From the IMG/VR virus record IMGVR_UViG_3300013137_000014: a stretch of 20,000 bases of DNA. The stretch is one strand, 5' to 3'. The position numbers were made by a program, and so were the translations under genes. Below are positions 8,973 through 17,214 of this stretch, piece by piece (the first letter of the stretch is position 1; every line of letters starts with the position of its first letter). The notes under the pieces are model-generated. The model did no database searches. It was given only the letters and a program-made list of their open reading frames with translations, and had not been told where the DNA came from. The stretch comes from an uncultured virus (IMG/VR IMGVR_UViG_3300013137_000014). Lineage: Duplodnaviria; Heunggongvirae; Uroviricota; Caudoviricetes.

Positions 8973-9575
8973 TTAAAGTTTTAAAAACTCGGATTTAATT
9001 GTACTACATGTTTCAAAGATTCCTCTAACTGCTGATGTAACAACCCAACATTCAGAAGATGTTTCCACTCCACGACATAGCATACAACCATGTTGACCCT
9101 TAACAATTACCCCACAACCTTCAGGTTCTAAAAACTCTACAAAATAATCAACTATTTTTGTAGTAAGATCTTCTTGTAGAATGGGGGCCTTTGCCAACAG
9201 TTTTATCATTCTAGGAATTTTACTTAATCCTACAGCATGTCCTCCTGTTTTTGGCATATATCCAAATGTTGCTTTATAAGATACCGTTTCAAAATGGTGG
9301 GGGCATACTCCATAAGCGTCTATAGGACCTACTTTAATTAATCCATTATAATTAGTCGGAAATGTTTTGGATAATATCTCTTTAATTTCTTTTCTCGGAT
9401 TTATACCTCTGCACTTTTCCAGAATCAAGGCCTTGGCAATTCTAGAAGGAGTTTCATCAAAGTTAACATCATTTTGATAATCCAATTGATAGACTAAAGA
9501 CAAGGCAGGAAAAATATATTTTTCCCATCCTGTTTTAACCATATCTAAAGCAGTTTCAACATTAGTATCATTCAT
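8973..9575 (-). CDS. folE: GTP cyclohydrolase I (FolE)
   Basis: ETPSRIAK, Zn-binding CPHHF, VGLSKIPR, LQEDLT and HGCMLCRGV; strong AGGAG RBS. Confidence 0.95.
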   Translation of the reverse strand: MNDTNVETALDMVKTGWEKYIFPALSLVYQLDYQNDVNFDETPSRIAKALILEKCRGINPRKEIKEILSKTFPTNYNGLIKVGPIDAYGVCPHHFETVSYKATFGYMPKTGGHAVGLSKIPRMIKLLAKAPILQEDLTTKIVDYFVEFLEPEGCGVIVKGQHGCMLCRGVETSSECWVVTSAVRGIFETCSTIKSEFLKL

Positions 9576-9647
9576 ATATATCTCCTATATTATAAAATTA
9601 TGAGTAATACAAAATATATTGTATGAGTTAAAAAAATCACCAAAACT

Positions 9648-12600
9648 TCATTCTTTTTTTATCTGTATTCCAACAGTCTTAAGATTGCTTTCCAATAAAT
9701 CTAAAGAAATCGGTTTTTCTTCATTTAACTCCTCATCTTCCTCATATAATCTGGGGTTTTGTAAAATTTTAGACAATTCTTTATTTTTTAATCCACTAGA
9801 ATCTGAATGAATTGTTAAAAAATCTGTTAGTAGGTTTAAAGCATCATATCCAATTAAAGCCCAAACTTCCATTTCTCCCAATCTGTGGCCACCTTGATTA
9901 CTTTTTCCACCTAGGGGTTGTAACGTTCGTTTGGAATACGGACCAATAGATCTTACAGACATTTTTTCTGTAGCTCTGTGCACTAATTTTAAAAAATACA
10001 TATATCCACAAGCGATAGGATTTGTTATAGTTATTTTAGATTCTGGATCATAAATTTGATATTTATCAATTATATTATTAATATAAAAATCAATTAATTC
10101 TTTTTCAGTCATACTATCTGGATTTTCAGGATAGTTTCTCATTAGTCCAACATAACCCATACATTGCATTAATTCCTCAAAATTTATACTTTGAAAAGCT
10201 GGTTGTATTAAAGTTATATTTTGAATAGCATATTTAATTCCGTGTTCTTTCCGTCTTTTTTCAAAATCATTCAAAATAATTTCCGTTACCCACTTATTTT
10301 TCGTTTTATCAATTATTTCAAGAAACCCTTTAAGAACTTTGCATATTTCAATATCTGAATCTTCTTTTGTCTGATCTAATAAATTATACTTTAATTGGTT
10401 TAAGCATTCAGTTAAATGTAGTTCATATATTTGACCTACATTCATTCTACTAATTATACCAAGAGGATTTAGTATTAATTCAAATTTTCTTCCATCTGGA
10501 GTATTAGGCATAAGTTCATCTGGTAGTATACGACTAATTGTTCCTTTATTACCATGCCTATTGGAAAGTTTATCCCCATTATTCAATTTCTCCATATATA
10601 TAGCAGTAATTTTAATATGACATCCTTTAATTCTCTTACTATCAATAGTATATTTTCCAAGATTTTCTGAAATATTTAATCTACTTAGTGTATTCTCCAA
10701 AATAGAATTTGCTTTTTCTTTTCCAAGATGTGAAATTAATTTTTCTCGTATAGAATTATATCGTTTATTCTCTTTATTTATAAATTTTTCGAGAAATCCA
10801 TTATAATCTTCAATATTACGATTAAAATTATTGGGATATATTTCAATATTAACTATTTTACAATCGACAGGAGCAGTTTTTTCTAAGGGTTCTATATTTA
10901 TCATCTCTAAATCTGCATCCATATCTATAGTTTTTAATTTGGCGAATATTTCACCCTTTTTTAGAAAATCATTAATTTCTGGTAGGGGTTTATATGTTCC
11001 AGAATCTAAACTAAGTAATACTTGAGTTGAATCAATATCAAATGATAAATCTACAATATGTATACTCTTAAATTTTTCACTGGCTGATTTACTAATAATT
11101 ATACCATCATCAACATTCCAACCTTTCCAAGAACAAATTCCAACCAATAAATTTCTTCCTAATTGTAAACTACCATTTCTTAAAAATAGAGATTCACAAA
11201 GTATTTCTCCTTTCTGAAATGTATCTCCCTCATTCTTTTTAGGTATCATATAGTCCATTATACTTTCTTTAAAGAAAGGTTTTATATATGCACCTTCATT
11301 TAGATTATCATAATGAATAATCATTCCATCTTCATTTAAAGTTAATACCTTACCATTATCCTTTGCCCGACATAAGAAAGTACCACTATCAACAAACATA
11401 TCTTCTGTACCAGATCTAATAAGAGGTTCATCTGTTTCAGATAATAATATTGTTTGTTTAACTTGACTAGAAGCCATTTGTAATCGCGTTTGATCATCAT
11501 TACATAAAAATGGAGTTAAAGAAATAGGATAACTGAAAACAATATCTTTATTGGGTTCTACAAATAGTCCTTTTTCATTTATGACACAGTTGGGAACTAA
11601 ATTTAATATTACTCCACAACCTTCTCTATCAGGAGTATCTGCAGGACAAATAAATCCTTTTTGAGAATCATCTAATGTTCGAAGATGTGTAGGAACATTT
11701 TCTTTTTTGAATCCACCTGGTCCGGTAAGCGATAATTGCATTAAAGATGCAATTTCAGAAACAGGGTTTATGCAAAAATTAAAATGAATGATATCTGATA
11801 CATTACATTTTTCTAAAATTATATTTTGATGAATTCTAAACGTACTTTTTTTACTATTCTTTACTGATACTAGCATATCATAAACTTTTTTAAGTAAAGG
11901 ACTTATAATGTATTCAAGAAATCTAATTCTTTTATATTTTAAATCAGTATCTGAACGAGGTCCTTCATATAAAGCAAATAGTATTTCAAATAAAATAGAA
12001 TTGGTTTTAAAATAATCATGAATAAAATAATCCATATAATATGCTAATGTTAAGGAGAAAATAATACTAGATCCTTTTTTCTCCTCATCATTTTTAATCG
12101 TACTAAAATATTTTCCTACATGGCATATTAAATCTGTTTTGTTAGAATTATTCCATATATTATAACAAGAGCTTATAATAGATTTTAAATTTTCATTAAC
12201 AATATTGGGATCTAATAGTGTTAAAAAATCATCTAGTTCTTGTTTTGTATGATTTGCACATATTAGTAATGGAAGACTAATTTTTCTTCCAAATAGAGAA
12301 ACATAATATTCATTATCTTTATGATTTTTATTAATATTAAGGGATAAAATATTAGTTCTAAGTTTAATCTGGTTTGGTTTGTTAAACCTATATATAATTG
12401 GAAAATCATATAACTGTAGTACTGGTATTTTTAAATGTCCACCAATATAGAAAAATTGATTTTCAATCAAATTTGGAATTTTTAAGAAAAATTCCTGTTT
12501 CTTGTTTTTATCATCCTCAACAATGATTTTTAATAAACTTAGACTATTATTTTTTAATTCCTCATGTCTTATTTTTTTTAATTCCATCCACTCACAAAAT

Positions 12601-12722
12601 ACTACCTTCCATCCAAGAATATCTGTTTTGTTAAATATTTTAATTATACAATCTTTTAAGTTATCTGGATTCCATTCTTTAGCTCTAAAATCTAATAAGG
12701 TTGTTTGAAATCTGGGATCCAT
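9648..12722 (-). CDS. rpoB: DNA-directed RNA polymerase beta subunit (phage-encoded, compact)
   Basis: GPGGF, ICPADTP, GRNLLV...GWNVDDGIIIS, GDKLSNRHGNKGTIS, LNPLGIISRMNVGQ, GYMYFLKLVH, RSIGPYS...QPLGGK..GGHRLGEMEVWAL. Confidence 0.97.
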   Translation of the reverse strand: MDPRFQTTLLDFRAKEWNPDNLKDCIIKIFNKTDILGWKVVFCEWMELKKIRHEELKNNSLSLLKIIVEDDKNKKQEFFLKIPNLIENQFFYIGGHLKIPVLQLYDFPIIYRFNKPNQIKLRTNILSLNINKNHKDNEYYVSLFGRKISLPLLICANHTKQELDDFLTLLDPNIVNENLKSIISSCYNIWNNSNKTDLICHVGKYFSTIKNDEEKKGSSIIFSLTLAYYMDYFIHDYFKTNSILFEILFALYEGPRSDTDLKYKRIRFLEYIISPLLKKVYDMLVSVKNSKKSTFRIHQNIILEKCNVSDIIHFNFCINPVSEIASLMQLSLTGPGGFKKENVPTHLRTLDDSQKGFICPADTPDREGCGVILNLVPNCVINEKGLFVEPNKDIVFSYPISLTPFLCNDDQTRLQMASSQVKQTILLSETDEPLIRSGTEDMFVDSGTFLCRAKDNGKVLTLNEDGMIIHYDNLNEGAYIKPFFKESIMDYMIPKKNEGDTFQKGEILCESLFLRNGSLQLGRNLLVGICSWKGWNVDDGIIISKSASEKFKSIHIVDLSFDIDSTQVLLSLDSGTYKPLPEINDFLKKGEIFAKLKTIDMDADLEMINIEPLEKTAPVDCKIVNIEIYPNNFNRNIEDYNGFLEKFINKENKRYNSIREKLISHLGKEKANSILENTLSRLNISENLGKYTIDSKRIKGCHIKITAIYMEKLNNGDKLSNRHGNKGTISRILPDELMPNTPDGRKFELILNPLGIISRMNVGQIYELHLTECLNQLKYNLLDQTKEDSDIEICKVLKGFLEIIDKTKNKWVTEIILNDFEKRRKEHGIKYAIQNITLIQPAFQSINFEELMQCMGYVGLMRNYPENPDSMTEKELIDFYINNIIDKYQIYDPESKITITNPIACGYMYFLKLVHRATEKMSVRSIGPYSKRTLQPLGGKSNQGGHRLGEMEVWALIGYDALNLLTDFLTIHSDSSGLKNKELSKILQNPRLYEEDEELNEEKPISLDLLESNLKTVGIQIKKE

Positions 12723-12740
12723 ATAATTTTTTTTCCTTTC

Positions 12741-14519
12741 TTATAATCTAAATAAAGACGACAGAGAAGATTCTACATCCTCTCTGTTTCGAACTAGACC
12801 ATCTATTATTTTACCTTTTAGATCTGAAAATGCACATCCTACTAACCAACTACTCATATAAGGTATTTTTAATATACTATTCCATTCTCTGGTGATAGAT
12901 GTATGATCTCTATTTTTAATTGTTCTCCATAATTTGTTTTGATACCAAATCATACAACTAATCAATACTTCAACATGAACCATATAAAGAGATCCATGAT
13001 TTATCAATAATTGAAATAATCCTTTTACTAAATTTTCAGGTTCATACGGAGAAGTATATTCTTGAGGTTTATGCAGAAATGTATTAATAATGCTCATATC
13101 TGAAATAATATCATTATTGCCACCTTTGGATGTTGTAGAACTAGCAACTCCAGATAGATGGAAAGTTCTTAAAACTAATTGAGTAAGTTTTTCAGAAATA
13201 CTATGTGTGGCAATGATTCCAATTTGAGTGGTATTAATTTTTTTATAAAATTCTCCATAACACTTTTTGCATATTTTATCGGATTTACAGAAAATGGGAG
13301 ATCTTAATTTTAAGAATTTAAATTTTTTAATAAATTCTTCTTCTTGTTTAGGTTTCATTTCTTTTATAATTTTTTCTTTACCAACTTCTGGATCTAAATA
13401 CCATCTAAATTTTAAACCATGTAGTATTTTTCTAGATGCCTCAATATCCTCTATCCGCTCACCGTCAATATTTTTATAACACATTAATTCTAAATTTAAA
13501 TAGTCATTAGTAAAACAATCTTCAACATCACCTAATTTACAAAATTGAGTACTATATATTAATTGTCTTGTTAAAAATCCACTATCTCCAGTTGATGTTG
13601 CTGTATCTAGTAATCCTTTACGACATCCCCAACAACTATCAAAAAATTCATCAGGAGTTAAACCTTGAACTAAACTTGATTTAATTAAATTCGGCCTAAT
13701 TTGATTATTGTGATCAGCCACATAACCTCGAGAAAAAACTAATTGCTGAGCCTGTAGCCAACTGCCTCTTGCTCCAGAATCAATAAATACAGCAAAAGGC
13801 ATTTTTTTCATCAACGAATGTAAAAATTTATCATGTTTAATAAATTTTATATCTTCTTGATAATTGCCAGATAAGTTATTAGCAATTTTAACTAATTCTG
13901 GATTATATATATCTTTTAAAGATAATGTATATCCATCTAAAGTACATTTAGCAAAACCAATAGTTTTTATTTTATCTAGAATTCTAGATAAACTAGCATT
14001 ACTAATGGTACTCTGTATTCTATTTAAGATATGATTAAGTAACCCTTTTTCAATATATGAATGCACTATAGGATAATTTTTAGGTAATAATTCATTGAAA
14101 ATTATTTGTCCTTCCGTCAATAATGCAGAATCCTCTTTTTCAATAATATTACCATCATCATCTGTATATTTAATTATTTTTTTGTATTCTCGTTTTTCTT
14201 CATCATTATCTTTTGTTAAACTATAAATTCCCAGTACGGTATCTTGGGTAGGAGTTGCTACTGGTTCTCCATTTGCTGGAGAAACTAAATTATTAGTTAT
14301 TAGTATTTTATCGAGAATATCTTGTTTTGATCTATCTGTTAAAGGAATATAAAATGCCATACAATCAAAAACAGATACTCCATCTTCCGTTAAGAAAGTA
14401 TAAAAATCCTCAACAGTAAAATCATAAGCAGTATTTTTTGTTTCGTCTTTTTCAATAATTAAATCTGAAACAGGTATTAGCTTGAGATTTTTTTGTTCCA
14501 AATATTCTCTAGTTATCAC
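12741..14519 (-). CDS. rpoC: RNA polymerase beta' C-terminal part fused to an N-terminal split C-intein
   Basis: After ~52-60 aa of intein-like sequence: CMAFYIPL...NNLVSPANGEP..TPTQDTVLGIY, SGARGS, bridge helix RKGLLDTATSTGDSGFLTRQL, Zn site RSPIFC...ICKKCYG and trigger loop TQLVLRTFH. GTG at 14519 lies 7 nt after an AAGGAG RBS; the ORF track starts at ATG 14543. Confidence 0.95.
   Translation of the reverse strand: MITREYLEQKNLKLIPVSDLIIEKDETKNTAYDFTVEDFYTFLTEDGVSVFDCMAFYIPLTDRSKQDILDKILITNNLVSPANGEPVATPTQDTVLGIYSLTKDNDEEKREYKKIIKYTDDDGNIIEKEDSALLTEGQIIFNELLPKNYPIVHSYIEKGLLNHILNRIQSTISNASLSRILDKIKTIGFAKCTLDGYTLSLKDIYNPELVKIANNLSGNYQEDIKFIKHDKFLHSLMKKMPFAVFIDSGARGSWLQAQQLVFSRGYVADHNNQIRPNLIKSSLVQGLTPDEFFDSCWGCRKGLLDTATSTGDSGFLTRQLIYSTQFCKLGDVEDCFTNDYLNLELMCYKNIDGERIEDIEASRKILHGLKFRWYLDPEVGKEKIIKEMKPKQEEEFIKKFKFLKLRSPIFCKSDKICKKCYGEFYKKINTTQIGIIATHSISEKLTQLVLRTFHLSGVASSTTSKGGNNDIISDMSIINTFLHKPQEYTSPYEPENLVKGLFQLLINHGSLYMVHVEVLISCMIWYQNKLWRTIKNRDHTSITREWNSILKIPYMSSWLVGCAFSDLKGKIIDGLVRNREDVESSLSSLFRL
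14364..14519 (-). other. Split intein C-fragment (IntC) with atypical Phe-Asp terminus
   Basis: Block F TAYDFTVEDFYTF and block G EDGVSVFD, followed by Cys+1 (TGT at 14361-14363) exactly where beta' homology resumes. Confidence 0.88.
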
Positions 14520-14766
14520 CACTTGACTCCTTTTTAAACCCATTTATTATTCTAATTCGAATTTTTTCATAAAACAATGTACCAAATGAAACAAATATTA
14601 TGAAAATTAGAAATAGTAATACTAATGGCCATACAATAATGAATACAATAGACCAAATATAGTCAATATCCCTAGAAGAATCAGATTCTGCTAAAATAAT
14701 AAATAGCCATAATGTAAATAATATTAAACAAATGATACCATAAATGAATATAGTAAATTCATACAT
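14509..14766 (-). CDS. Small membrane protein (two predicted TM helices) between the split-intein halves
   Basis: 85 aa with two long hydrophobic stretches (FTIFIYGIICLILFTLWLFIILA; IWSIVFIIVWPLVLLFLIFIIFVSF). Starts 1 nt after the IntN stop and overlaps the IntC start. Confidence 0.75.
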   Translation of the reverse strand: MYEFTIFIYGIICLILFTLWLFIILAESDSSRDIDYIWSIVFIIVWPLVLLFLIFIIFVSFGTLFYEKIRIRIINGFKKESSGDN

Positions 14767-14767
14767 T

Positions 14768-16378
14768 TTAATTTCCTTTTTGAATAAAATATTTCCCTTC
14801 TGGATTATTAATTAATTCTTGAGGAGTTATTCTCTTAATAATTTTTTCATTCTCATCAAAAACGATTAATGAATGATCTTTAGAAGACCAAAAAGGTTTA
14901 AATCTATTTTCTTTATCTGTAATTTTATATAACTCTAAATTTTCATGTACACTATAATCTAAAATTTTCTTCCATTCTATATCACCAGTCTCAAGATTTA
15001 TTGCTTGAATTTTTAAATTTTCTACAGGAGAATAATGAGTAACTTTCACATTATCTTCTCTAATTTTTTCTGAAGTTTTATTAAATGTAAAAATTTCATT
15101 AATATCACAGATTGAACAATTTAATGATTCAGAAATAATAGTATCTAAAATTGTAACATCACAAACAACACTATCTCCATCAAAATCAGCATTATATGGA
15201 GAAGTGGCTAATGGGGGAATTTGTATAGTATTACCTTTAGTTGGTTTAATCTTAAAACCTAATATTGATAGTCTATGTAAAGAAGGTTGTCTATTTAAGA
15301 TACAGACTTTATCTTTACAGAACTCCTCCACAATATCATATAGACCATAATTATGATTTTTAATATGTTCATCAATTGTTTTAATAACAGAGTTATATCG
15401 TTTATTTAATCTTTTGTTAATCAAATAAGGAATTAATTGGGGCTTAAATATCTCCAATAACATAAAATATGGAATTCTACATTCATCTAAATTTAATGTA
15501 GGATTTGGTGTAATAACGGCACGCCCCGAGAAGTCTAATCTCTTTCCTAAAATATTAGAACGAATTAATCCCGATTTCTTACTCAATTTTTCAAAAATAT
15601 GATTATAAAGTTCCAATACCAGTCTATGTAAATGCTTACAATTCATATTATATATCATATCATTTTCTTGACATCTGACGGAAATAGATCGAATACTGTT
15701 ACAACGAACTATAATATCTGTATACAGTCTATTTATGCTATCCAGTACATGTAAACCATTATTATCCCTACCACAAGGTCTACATCCAGGAGGAATAACT
15801 AATACATTACTTATAATCCACTTGTCTTGGTGTTCTCTTACAAAATTTGAAACGGAATCTGTTTTATCTTCAATTAAAAATTCTATATATTTACACATGC
15901 CTTTTACACCAAATAAAATATCTTCTGGTTTTATTAAATTTTGATTTTCAGAATTTATTGCACATAATGTTTTAACTTTTTTGGTTATACCCTTCTTTGT
16001 TATTTCTTCTTCTTTAATATAATATGATTGTTTAAAATCAATCATATTATCTAAAACAGTTTTAGATGAAGATTTAGAAGAGGTTAGTAAATAATAAAAA
16101 ATGGGGTTTAGTATGGGTATTGGAAGTACGATTTTTCCAAAACGTTTTCTTCTAATACTAGATGAGTTAATTTCAGTATGACAAACCTCACATTTTTTAT
16201 TTTTATATTTTCTGCCGGAATATTTTCCGCATAGACATCTATATGAATGTACCGGTCCGAATTTATATACTGAAAATAATCCATCTTTATTATATTTGTT
16301 ATTCTCAATGGCCTTATGACTAGTTACTTCTGGAAAATTTTCACATATTTGATCTATATTAATCAACTCTAGATGCAT
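14768..16378 (-). CDS. rpoC: RNA polymerase beta' N-terminal part (to the catalytic NADFDGD) fused to a C-terminal split N-intein
   Basis: DGLFS..FGP...YRCLCGKY...CEVC zinc finger, VIPPGCRP, GLIRSNILGKRLDFSGRAVI, LNRQPSLHR and PYNADFDGD (15173-15193 for NADFDGD), then 134 aa of non-RNAP sequence. Confidence 0.96.
   Translation of the reverse strand: MHLELINIDQICENFPEVTSHKAIENNKYNKDGLFSVYKFGPVHSYRCLCGKYSGRKYKNKKCEVCHTEINSSSIRRKRFGKIVLPIPILNPIFYYLLTSSKSSSKTVLDNMIDFKQSYYIKEEEITKKGITKKVKTLCAINSENQNLIKPEDILFGVKGMCKYIEFLIEDKTDSVSNFVREHQDKWIISNVLVIPPGCRPCGRDNNGLHVLDSINRLYTDIIVRCNSIRSISVRCQENDMIYNMNCKHLHRLVLELYNHIFEKLSKKSGLIRSNILGKRLDFSGRAVITPNPTLNLDECRIPYFMLLEIFKPQLIPYLINKRLNKRYNSVIKTIDEHIKNHNYGLYDIVEEFCKDKVCILNRQPSLHRLSILGFKIKPTKGNTIQIPPLATSPYNADFDGDSVVCDVTILDTIISESLNCSICDINEIFTFNKTSEKIREDNVKVTHYSPVENLKIQAINLETGDIEWKKILDYSVHENLELYKITDKENRFKPFWSSKDHSLIVFDENEKIIKRITPQELINNPEGKYFIQKGN
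14771..15172 (-). other. Split intein N-fragment (IntN), 134 aa, Ser1
   Basis: Starts SVVCDVTIL directly after DFDGD. Hint-like segment IQAINLETGDIEWKKI...H...LYKI and block B FWSSKDHSLIV ([T/S]xxH). Ends at a stop codon without blocks F/G or an endonuclease. Confidence 0.88.
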
Positions 16379-17150
16379 ACTTTTTCTCCTGAGATTTTAT
16401 AAAGCTTAAATATTTTTTTGGAACCTGATAACAGCTATTTAAATTACAAATTTTGATTCTGTTTATCATATCCCTTAAACCAATATCTGAAAATTCAATA
16501 GTGTATACATTATTAAAACAATAAAAGTTAACTTCATCAATATTAGGATGAATTATTTTATTTAAAATCTGAACATTTAAAATATATTCCATATTATTTT
16601 TATATTCTGTCCAAATCTTTATTTTATTAATTTTATATTTTAAATTAGGAGGAATATCCAATAAATTTCCATTAGTTGTAAATATTTTTTCTAAATAAAA
16701 GGAATAATGAAAATTATATAGACTATAAGAGGAGTAATTTGGAGAAATCTTTTCAATAAATGGAGAAAATTTTATAATTTTATTATTCATTATAGATGTA
16801 ACTTCATTATAAGAATTTAATATTAATTCTGTAATGTTAAAATCATCTATAAATTGTGTTTCTAATTTTGCCAGGAAATTTTTTATGGAGTGAATATCAT
16901 TAATTATACAATATTGTACATTATTATTCATTAATAAACAAGTATATGAATCATTATTTTCTAAAATTTGAAATTTAATATTATTTTTGTTAAAAATAGA
17001 AATTAAATCCCCATAATATTCTGTATCCGATACTAATATTTTTATACCTTTATTTTTTTCTAGAAATTTAAATATAGTTATAAAATTTAATTCAAATAAA
17101 AAGTCAAACTTACTTAATTCATTTTTTGAATGGTTTCTAAATAGTATCAT
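16359..17150 (-). CDS. Hypothetical protein overlapping the start of the beta' N-gene
   Basis: 263-aa ORF with a 20-nt overlap with the beta'N start; no recognised motif. Confidence 0.7.
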   Translation of the reverse strand: MILFRNHSKNELSKFDFLFELNFITIFKFLEKNKGIKILVSDTEYYGDLISIFNKNNIKFQILENNDSYTCLLMNNNVQYCIINDIHSIKNFLAKLETQFIDDFNITELILNSYNEVTSIMNNKIIKFSPFIEKISPNYSSYSLYNFHYSFYLEKIFTTNGNLLDIPPNLKYKINKIKIWTEYKNNMEYILNVQILNKIIHPNIDEVNFYCFNNVYTIEFSDIGLRDMINRIKICNLNSCYQVPKKYLSFIKSQEKKYASRVD

Positions 17151-17164
17151 GTTATACTCTCTAG

Positions 17165-17203
17165 AATTTAAAAGGGGGAAGTACTTTATATACTTCCCCC
17201 TTT
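17165..17203 (-). terminator. Intrinsic terminator-like hairpin
   Basis: Perfect 13-bp inverted repeat aaagggggaagta (17171-17183) / tacttcccccttt (17191-17203) with a 7-nt loop, 11 nt downstream of the Zn-ribbon gene stop. T-rich tail on the minus strand. Confidence 0.75.
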
Positions 17204-17214
17204 CATTAGGTATC

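Noticed and set aside
14364..15172. Group I/II intron or frameshifted contiguous intein as the explanation for the beta' interruption
   Set aside because: Both flanks carry in-frame protein-level intein motifs, IntC has its own RBS and start, and a separate coupled ORF fills the gap. No intron core structure was recognised, although RNA-level splicing was not formally excluded.
12741..16378. Cyanobacterial/plastid rpoC1-rpoC2 or archaeal A'/A'' type split
   Set aside because: Those splits lie well downstream of NADFDGD and involve no intein. The gene order and neighbours here are not cellular or organellar.
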